The notes under the pieces are model-generated. The model saw only the letters and a list, made by a program, of their open reading frames with translations, was not told the origin of the DNA and made no database searches. The translations under genes and the position numbers were made by a program. Below, piece after piece: positions 1 to 4,603 of a stretch of 10,581 bases of DNA. How positions within the stretch are numbered: the stretch's first letter is position 1; each line of letters opens with the position of its first letter. This DNA is from a virus: UHGV virus genome UHGV-0266139. The stretch is one strand, 5' to 3'.

Positions 1-49
1 AACGCGTTATAAATAAATGTATGAAAGATGTTGAGCTGGTCAACGTCTA

Positions 50-86
50 CGGGGGAGAACATCCCCCGCTAACCTTTTTCTTATTT
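50..86 (+). terminator. Weak intrinsic terminator candidate: stem CGGGGGA (50-56) / TCCCCCG (62-68), loop GAACA, T-rich tract from 75
   Basis: Perfect 7-bp inverted repeat seen directly; the T tract starts 6 nt after the stem, which is suboptimal. It lies inside a reading frame that is open from the window edge into ORF 99..200. Confidence 0.3.
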
Positions 87-98
87 GAGGATTTACCT

Positions 99-200
99 AT
101 GGTTGAATTTTTGATTTATCTGGCTGTAGGGCTAACTATCGTATATTCACTGGCACATATTGGCGTTTCTGCTGTGTGTAACGCTTTCAAGTATCATTAA
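99..200 (+). CDS. Small hydrophobic peptide, 33 aa (MVEFLIYLAVGLTIVYSLAHIGVSAVCNAFKYH), one predicted transmembrane helix
   Basis: ATG at 99 preceded by GAGGA (88-92) at 6-nt spacing; hydrophobic core. The same frame is open upstream to the window start (ATG at 21), so the true start is uncertain. Below the size of the supplied ORF track. Confidence 0.35.
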   Translation: MVEFLIYLAVGLTIVYSLAHIGVSAVCNAFKYH

Positions 201-219
201 TTAAATCGATGAATTGAAC
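200..219. repeat. 20-bp perfect direct repeat ATTAAATCGATGAATTGAAC, copy 1 (intergenic, between the two small ORFs)
   Basis: Identical 20-mer found again at 1145-1164; hand comparison. Confidence 0.6.
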
Positions 220-253
220 TATAGATGATGGTCGTTTTCAAAGAGGATTATCT

Positions 254-427
254 ATGGATCTTTTTGTCTATTTCGCTACTCTGCTGTTTTTGACTATCGT
301 CGCTGGCATTAAATTGATTTTTATATCGCTGGTGGTGTTTTTCAAATTTCTAATCGGTACGCCTTACGGCTGGGTATGTTTAATCCTGTTTATTCTTTTT
401 AGTTGCTGTAAAAAGGATACTAAATAA
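254..427 (+). CDS. Small membrane protein, 57 aa (MDLFVYFATLLFLTIVAGIKLIFISLVVFFKFLIGTPYGWVCLILFILFSCCKKDTK), two predicted transmembrane helices, charged C-terminus
   Basis: ATG at 254 preceded by AGAGGA (242-247) at 6-nt spacing; two hydrophobic stretches and KKDTK tail; followed downstream by two plus-strand terminators. Confidence 0.45.
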   Translation: MDLFVYFATLLFLTIVAGIKLIFISLVVFFKFLIGTPYGWVCLILFILFSCCKKDTK

Positions 428-585
428 TAGTGTAATCTGCCTTTTCTCCTTATGGTTATTAACAGGGGATCTTCTTTGAGGATTCCCGATTAAAAGCCAT
501 AAAACACACTCCAGTACAGTGTTTTCATAGTCAGTGATCTATACAACATAAAAACATAACAAGTATAGATTGAGTGTTAATCCTC

Positions 586-611
586 CCGCCTCGAAAGAGG
601 CGGTTATTTTT
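586..611 (+). terminator. Intrinsic terminator: stem CCGCCTC (586-592) / GAGGCGG (597-603), GAAA loop, TTATTTTT tail
   Basis: Perfect 7-bp GC-rich stem with tetraloop immediately followed by a T tract on the plus strand. Confidence 0.6.
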
Positions 612-687
612 CTGGCTTTAAAGAATAATGTAGCATTATGTTCATTATAACCTCATCTTTGTTGTGCAAACCTAACCTAAACTTACT

Positions 688-713
688 AGGGACTCTTCGG
701 AGTCCCTTTTTTT
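688..713 (+). terminator. Intrinsic terminator, possibly bidirectional: stem AGGGACTC (688-695) / GAGTCCCT (700-707), TTCG loop, T7 run to 713
   Basis: Perfect 8-bp stem with TTCG loop and seven T on the plus strand; an A run on the other side means it may also end the minus-strand gene 720..1061. Confidence 0.6.
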
Positions 714-719
714 ATTGTC

Positions 720-1061
720 TTAAGCAACAAGACGCAATCCTTTGTTTTTCATCTTCTGTATTTTCTTTTCTTTAACGGACTTTTCTCTATACCCTTTCAA
801 TTCTTCAAGTAGTTTAATCTGTTCCCTCAATGATTTCTTGTAGTCTTCTTGCATGGCTTTAAATCCTTCACCAAGTTTTACGTAATTATCATGTAAGGAT
901 TTGTACTTTTCCATTAGCTCATTGCATTCTTTCTCTTTAATCGAAAGTTTAATGGTCAAAAATTCACACTCAGCATTAGTCTGTTTTAGCGTTTCAGAAA
1001 GAATCATGTTTTTCTCTTTCAGAGTTTTACGGGACAGTGCTTTTTCGTTTAAAGTTGCCAT
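720..1061 (-). CDS. Hypothetical coiled-coil protein, 113 aa (MATLNEKALSRK...KGLRLVA)
   Basis: Track ORF 720..1130 begins at a TTG; the ATG at 1061 has GGAG 8 nt upstream on the minus strand. K/E-rich heptad-like sequence. No family recognised. Confidence 0.6.
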   Translation of the reverse strand: MATLNEKALSRKTLKEKNMILSETLKQTNAECEFLTIKLSIKEKECNELMEKYKSLHDNYVKLGEGFKAMQEDYKKSLREQIKLLEELKGYREKSVKEKKIQKMKNKGLRLVA

Positions 1062-1086
1062 AGTAGGGTCTCCAATTAAATTAAAA

Positions 1087-2049
1087 TTAAGCTGCTTTGC
1101 GAACGTCGAACACATTTTCGAACGCATCAAAAACTTTAACTGTCATTAAATCGATGAATTGAACGGAAGAACCATTTTTCTTAATCAGGTATTTGTTCCA
1201 TTCTGCAACGTCTGCAACAGTACGCTTTTCGTTAAGCAGAATCCAAAGAGCTTGTTTGTCTTTAGATTCAACCGCTTGAGTAAAGAAGTCTTTAGATTCA
1301 ACTTCCTGATCTGCTTCAACTGCCACAGGAGCAACTTCTTTAGCTTTCAGTTCTTCAATCTCAGCTTTCTGTGCTTCGATGATCTGGTCTTTTTCTTTCA
1401 GTGCAGCTTTCAGTTCTGCGATCTGTGCTTCCAGTGCAGAGAAACGATCTTCAACAGCAACCGGAGAAACAGCATTCACCTGTGCTTCCAGTTCCAGGAA
1501 TGCTTCGCAAGATTCAATGCGTTCTTTCTCTTCACCTTCATAAGCAACCAGTTCTACAACTTCTTTTTCGGTAGCGTGGCTGTTAAAGAATACAGCAAAG
1601 TAAGGATTGCCGGATTTAGTGAAGTTCAGTTTAGCTTTTCCGGTAACTTCTTTACGACGACCAAAGGTAATGTTGCAATCAGCGGTATCCTGAAAATCCA
1701 TGTTAGGAGCGGAAACGATAGCAGTATCACCAGCAATAACCAGGTGGAACAGTTCAGAAGAGTTCTTAACGGTGAAAGTAACGATGTGGTCTACTGCAAC
1801 GTCTTTAGCAGGTTTAACGCGGTCGATTGCTTTACGAACGCCGTTAGACAGTTTACCGTCAACACCAAAGCCAGCCGCGATCAGTGCTTCACGATGTGCT
1901 TTAAAGCCAGCGAAAGCGGATTTCTGCTGCGCAAAGGAAACATGAGCAACAACTTTCGGCTGAATCTTCTTGTTTGCTTCGGTGCCAAATTTGATAACTG
2001 ATTTAGCGTTGGTTACTTCGTTAGTGAAAAAGTTAGCGGAAAATAACAT
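1087..2049 (-). CDS. Hypothetical protein, 320 aa: N-terminal domain, central A/E/K-rich coiled-coil region with an internal short repeat, C-terminal domain
   Basis: ATG at 2049 with AGGAG 8 nt upstream; long ORF whose antisense frame is F/C-rich junk. Internal DNA repeat TCTTTAGATTCAAC at about 1257-1270 and 1289-1302 (encoding VESKD twice). No family recognised. Confidence 0.7.
   Translation of the reverse strand: MLFSANFFTNEVTNAKSVIKFGTEANKKIQPKVVAHVSFAQQKSAFAGFKAHREALIAAGFGVDGKLSNGVRKAIDRVKPAKDVAVDHIVTFTVKNSSELFHLVIAGDTAIVSAPNMDFQDTADCNITFGRRKEVTGKAKLNFTKSGNPYFAVFFNSHATEKEVVELVAYEGEEKERIESCEAFLELEAQVNAVSPVAVEDRFSALEAQIAELKAALKEKDQIIEAQKAEIEELKAKEVAPVAVEADQEVESKDFFTQAVESKDKQALWILLNEKRTVADVAEWNKYLIKKNGSSVQFIDLMTVKVFDAFENVFDVRKAA
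1145..1164. repeat. 20-bp perfect direct repeat ATTAAATCGATGAATTGAAC, copy 2 (inside the 3-prime end of the 320-aa gene, encoding VQFIDLM on the minus strand)
   Basis: Identical to 200-219; hand comparison. Confidence 0.6.
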
Positions 2050-2093
2050 TATAAATACTCCTGTGGAAAGTTAGTTTTAATTGTTCATTTCAA

Positions 2094-2131
2094 GCCTCCT
2101 TTGCTGCAACAAGGGAGGCTTTTTCTTTTTT
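2094..2131 (+). terminator. Plus-strand intrinsic terminator candidate: stem GCCTCC (2094-2099) / GGAGGC (2114-2119), TTTTTCTTTTTT tail (2120-2131)
   Basis: GC stem followed directly by a 12-nt T-rich tract on the plus strand. No plus-strand gene lies upstream of it (the flanking genes are minus-strand), so its target transcript is unknown. Confidence 0.45.
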
Positions 2132-2163
2132 AAAGCCATCATATAATTCTCAGTGAAAGTGGA

Positions 2164-2343
2164 TTAACAAACTTGAACGTTAATCTTTACCTGAATTTCG
2201 TATTTCTTCATTAGCTTGTAGAATCCGCTTCTATCAATTCCTTCCTTCTTAAAGAAGTTTTCCCCGCCTCGCTCAGTGTCGCTGTAAAAGCGTTTAGCAA
2301 TATCAACAATCATTTCACGAGTGAACTTAACAGGTCTAGCCAT
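2164..2343 (-). CDS. Small HTH DNA-binding protein, 59 aa (MARPVKFTREMIVDIAKRFYSDTERGGENFFKKEGIDRSGFYKLMKKYEIQVKINVQVC); first gene of the leftward operon
   Basis: Track ORF starts at a GTG (2358); the ATG at 2343 has GAGGAA 7 nt upstream. RP..F...DIA...Y....GI..FYK.MKK pattern resembles Hin/resolvase-type or Mor/C-type HTH domains (from memory). Paralogous to 5629..5856. Confidence 0.55.
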   Translation of the reverse strand: MARPVKFTREMIVDIAKRFYSDTERGGENFFKKEGIDRSGFYKLMKKYEIQVKINVQVC

Positions 2344-2443
2344 CAGTCGATTCCTCACATGTGGATTAATAATTTCTTAAAAAAGAGCATTTCGCTCTGA
2401 ACACTTGTATTTATAAAATGATTTTCAGAAAACCCTGTAAAAC

Positions 2444-2463
2444 CACTGTATATCCGATCAGTG
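2444..2463. promoter_or_regulatory. Operator-like inverted repeat CACTG-N10-CAGTG (CACTGTATATCCGATCAGTG)
   Basis: Palindromic arms seen directly; near-identical second copy at 2529-2548; lies in the control region upstream of the leftward operon. Confidence 0.35.
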
Positions 2464-2528
2464 GGAGCACGAATTGCTAAAGAGAAGATTAATTATTAAT
2501 CAATTCGTACAATATTCAACCGAAAAAG

Positions 2529-2548
2529 CACTGTATATCTAACCAGTG
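2529..2548. promoter_or_regulatory. Operator-like inverted repeat CACTG-N10-CAGTG (CACTGTATATCTAACCAGTG), second copy
   Basis: 17 of 20 positions identical to 2444-2463, same dyad arms, 85 bp away. Confidence 0.35.
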
Positions 2549-2700
2549 CTGTATGAATTAGCAGTGAATCAGGAGATTTTCAGAAGTGAACAATCATTTC
2601 ACACATGTATTTATAACGTGGAAATTCTTGCTTATCATCTATATAGGGACTGTTTAGAAAATTTCAACCCCCACCAGTGAGAAAAAGTATAAAATAATCC

Positions 2701-2729
2701 TTGACAGTTGTCAATACACTTGACCTAAG
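2701..2729. promoter_or_regulatory. TTGACA-N13-TTGACCTAAG motif (contains palindrome TTGACAGTTGTCAA), copy 1
   Basis: Same arrangement TTGACA-N13-TTGACCTAGA recurs at 4318-4346; -35-like hexamers but no good -10 at 17 bp, so promoter versus operator is undecided. Confidence 0.3.
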
Positions 2730-2912
2730 CGAGAAATGGCTATCAAATTTTTTGTTTGAAAATGGTAGATCAGGATTATCAACCTTTATAACCTATTATG
2801 GCACGGAGACCTTTTGACAATTCTTTTTAAATCATTAACTTACGCCACTTTTTGGTGATTTTTTGATTAAATAATATACAATAATTTTCTATCAAAATAT
2901 TTGATGGGAATT

Positions 2913-3105
2913 GCCCCTGAAATTCTGAATTTTTGCCCCCGAATAAAATCCCCAAGATTCCACTATCCAATTTTTGCCCCTGAAACCTACTATTTTTGCC
3001 CCTGAAATTCTGGGAAACAGTGATTTTGCCCCTCATTTTTGCCCCTGAAATGACAATAATTGCCCCTGAAAATCTAATTTTTGCCCCTGAAATTTGCCCC
3101 CGAAA
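2913..3105. repeat. Array of about 9 same-orientation direct repeats, consensus TTTTTGCCCC(T/C)GAAA, mostly 21-22 bp apart (iteron-like)
   Basis: GCCCC cores start at about 2913, 2935, 2976, 2998, 3028, 3041, 3062, 3083, 3096 (hand-counted); a further copy at 5446-5455 sits inside a terminator stem. Confidence 0.7.
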
Positions 3106-3246
3106 GGGATTGGTGAGAAAAACCATTTATAAAACATTAACTTAGCGAGGGCAAAAGCGGGGAATCGGGCGTGCATAGATATTATATAACACATTCGCTA
3201 CGCTCATGTGTAAAACCAAAAACAACAAATAACCAAAAAGATATTA

Positions 3247-3265
3247 GGAGGGCGTAGCCCGACTG
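3247..3265. repeat. About 20-bp direct repeat GGAGGGCGTAGCCCGACTG, copy 1
   Basis: Matches 3678-3697 (GGAGGGCTTTAGCCCGACTG) with one indel; the two copies bracket the CTAG-rich module. Confidence 0.5.
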
Positions 3266-3285
3266 CGCGAAGCGCCAACCAATTG

Positions 3286-3530
3286 CTTCTAGTAACAACT
3301 AATTTAAACTAGATGATACTAGATGGTCTTAGAAGGAATTAACTAGTTTGCTCGCTCGCTTCGCTCACTCTCAAACGTCTGCGACGCCACTGCGTGGCAT
3401 CGAGAATCACTTCTGAAAGGATTTTCTCGAAAGGGATTTAAACTAGTTACTAACTGATTCTAGAAAGATAGTAATAATCACTTTGAAGATAATAGTAGTT
3501 AACTGGTTACTAGATGATTCTAGATCACTT
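3286..3530. repeat. CTAG-rich repeat module: units at 3308-3326, 3441-3467 and 3501-3527 (AACT(A/G)GTTACTA..TGATTCTAGA) flanking a GC-rich core at about 3348-3410
   Basis: Eight CTAG tetramers within about 235 bp against a handful across the rest of the window (by eye, not exhaustively counted); units 3441-3467 and 3501-3527 match at 21 of 27 positions; the core contains GCTC direct repeats and a GCCAC/GTGGC dyad. Confidence 0.6.
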
Positions 3531-3553
3531 TAATGATCATGAAAGGTATTGGT

Positions 3554-3582
3554 ATCCCTTCGGGATTGCAACCTTCGGTTGC
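3554..3582 (+). other. Two adjacent short hairpins: ATCCC/GGGAT (3554-3566) and GCAACC/GGTTGC (3568-3582), both with TTC(G) loops
   Basis: Inverted repeats seen directly; no clean T run follows, so RNA structure or processing site rather than a canonical terminator. Confidence 0.3.
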
Positions 3583-3677
3583 TAAATTGCTTCCTGATTA
3601 TTATTTCTCCAAAAGAAAGATTCTTATATTCTAAAGATACTTCTTCGTTTTGATGATGATTTAATCAAATCTATGAA

Positions 3678-3697
3678 GGAGGGCTTTAGCCCGACTG
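3678..3697. repeat. About 20-bp direct repeat GGAGGGCTTTAGCCCGACTG, copy 2
   Basis: See 3247-3265. Confidence 0.5.
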
Positions 3698-3786
3698 AAT
3701 ACAATCACCTTCTAAAAGAGATAAATTTTTCTCGTTATAAATAATAGTGAACTTACTTGATTCACTTTCTTTTAGAGGATACCACT

Positions 3787-4245
3787 ATGATCAATACTAA
3801 AACTCCTTTCGTACTTCTGGGTCTGGACTCTGAAAACTATGGTAACTTCCATATGCTAGAAGTTTTCGCTAATCGTGGTTATAACATCATTCGTCATTCC
3901 GAAGACTCCAACTACTCAACTGCTTTCTACGCTTTAAAACGAAATGGTCGTCCTACTGTGATCATCGACTGTTTTACTGATGAGGGTCGTCTTCAATACA
4001 ACGATATTCCAGCAATTATTGTTCGTGATGATCTGCCGTTTCAAGTCCGTGAGTATGACGTTGATTTAGGCTCTTACTACTCTTTAGCGGAACTTGACCA
4101 GATTATGGCTGATTACGGTAAACAACCCGCTCAGGAAGCCCCAGAACAAGATGAAGAAGATGAGGAAGACGAAGACTACGCTCCAATCTGTTTCTCTTCT
4201 CAGAATGGCTTCTACGGTTACGATGAAGGCTTAGATATGCTGTAA
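3787..4245 (+). CDS. Highly acidic protein, 152 aa (about 31 D/E against about 10 K/R), with poly-acidic stretch EQDEEDEEDED near the C-terminus; function unknown, candidate DNA mimic or other host-interaction protein
   Basis: Track ORF starts at TTG 3757; the ATG at 3787 has AGAGGA 7 nt upstream. Codon choice looks like a highly expressed enterobacterial gene (CTG, CGT, GGT, TTC, AAC, TAC), judged by eye. First gene downstream of the repeat-rich region. Confidence 0.7.
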   Translation: MINTKTPFVLLGLDSENYGNFHMLEVFANRGYNIIRHSEDSNYSTAFYALKRNGRPTVIIDCFTDEGRLQYNDIPAIIVRDDLPFQVREYDVDLGSYYSLAELDQIMADYGKQPAQEAPEQDEEDEEDEDYAPICFSSQNGFYGYDEGLDML

Positions 4246-4280
4246 GTTAGGTCAACCCTTTGGTGTCTTGTCAAGGGGTA

Positions 4281-4309
4281 TTGGCAAAAATTTATGACTT
4301 TTTTATGAT
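4281..4309 (+). promoter_or_regulatory. Near-consensus sigma70-type promoter: TTGGCA (4281-4286), 17-bp spacer, TATGAT (4304-4309)
   Basis: 5 of 6 matches in each hexamer with optimal spacing; sits between the acidic gene and the 48-aa ORF. Assumes an enterobacterial-type host. Confidence 0.45.
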
Positions 4310-4317
4310 TATCGCAC

Positions 4318-4346
4318 TTGACAAATTTTAACCCATTTGACCTAGA
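4318..4346. promoter_or_regulatory. TTGACA-N13-TTGACCTAGA motif, copy 2
   Basis: Same architecture as 2701-2729; lies just downstream of the promoter call and upstream of the 48-aa ORF. Confidence 0.3.
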
Positions 4347-4367
4347 TTTGTAAAGAGGATGTTAATT

Positions 4368-4514
4368 ATGAACACTACTAAGAAAGTTGATGGACGTAAA
4401 AACCCGAACCGCAAACCGTGGACCCCAAACCTGAATTTCTCAATGGTTGACTTCCATGAACGCCAGCGTCGCATTCAAGAAGAAATTGATCGCGCGATTG
4501 CTGAATCTAAATGA
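4368..4514 (+). CDS. Small basic protein, 48 aa (MNTTKKVDGRKNPNRKPWTPNLNFSMVDFHERQRRIQEEIDRAIAESK)
   Basis: ATG at 4368 with AGAGGA about 10 nt upstream, downstream of the promoter call; basic N-terminus, helical-looking C-terminus. Below the size of the supplied ORF track. Confidence 0.45.
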   Translation: MNTTKKVDGRKNPNRKPWTPNLNFSMVDFHERQRRIQEEIDRAIAESK

Positions 4515-4541
4515 GATAAAAATTTCTTTATAAATAAAATT

Positions 4542-4563
4542 GTTCCGGTTGAGATGCCGGAAC
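4542..4563 (+). other. Hairpin GTTCCGG / CCGGAAC with 8-nt loop immediately upstream of the Rha-like gene ribosome-binding region
   Basis: Perfect 7-bp inverted repeat; followed by TAGGAGGA, not a T run, so not a terminator; possible leader structure. Confidence 0.3.
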
Positions 4564-4603
4564 TAGGAGGATCATCACTAAACCGTTTAAGGGGGATTTT
4601 ACT

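Noticed and set aside
901-1149. 82-aa plus-strand ORF
   Set aside because: Antisense to the 113-aa and 320-aa minus-strand genes, no ribosome-binding site, spans their intergenic gap.
1159-2001. 280-aa plus-strand ORF, and the 81-aa ORF 1700..1945
   Set aside because: F/C/N-rich low-complexity translation lying antisense to the well-supported 320-aa minus-strand gene.
2444-2548. LexA (SOS) boxes
   Set aside because: Sites contain CTGTATAT but the partner half is CAGTG at the wrong spacing rather than CTGT-N8-ACAG.
2913-3105. Possibility that the direct-repeat array is a CRISPR array
   Set aside because: Repeat unit is only about 15 bp and the intervening segments are about 6-26 bp and of variable length; no cas genes; inconsistent with CRISPR architecture.
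2827-3126. 99-aa minus-strand ORF covering the GCCCCTGAAA repeat array
   Set aside because: Its repetitive FQGQ/FRGK peptide is just the translation of the DNA direct repeats; no convincing start context; treated as an artefact of the repeat array.
3348-3410. tRNA or other structured RNA gene in the GC-rich core
   Set aside because: No T-loop-like GTTCGAATC-type motif or cloverleaf-compatible complementarity found by eye.
3673-3744. 23-aa ORF starting inside the second GGAGGGC..CCCGACTG repeat
   Set aside because: No Shine-Dalgarno sequence upstream of its ATG and it sits in repeat or leader DNA; more likely leader sequence of the acidic-protein transcript.
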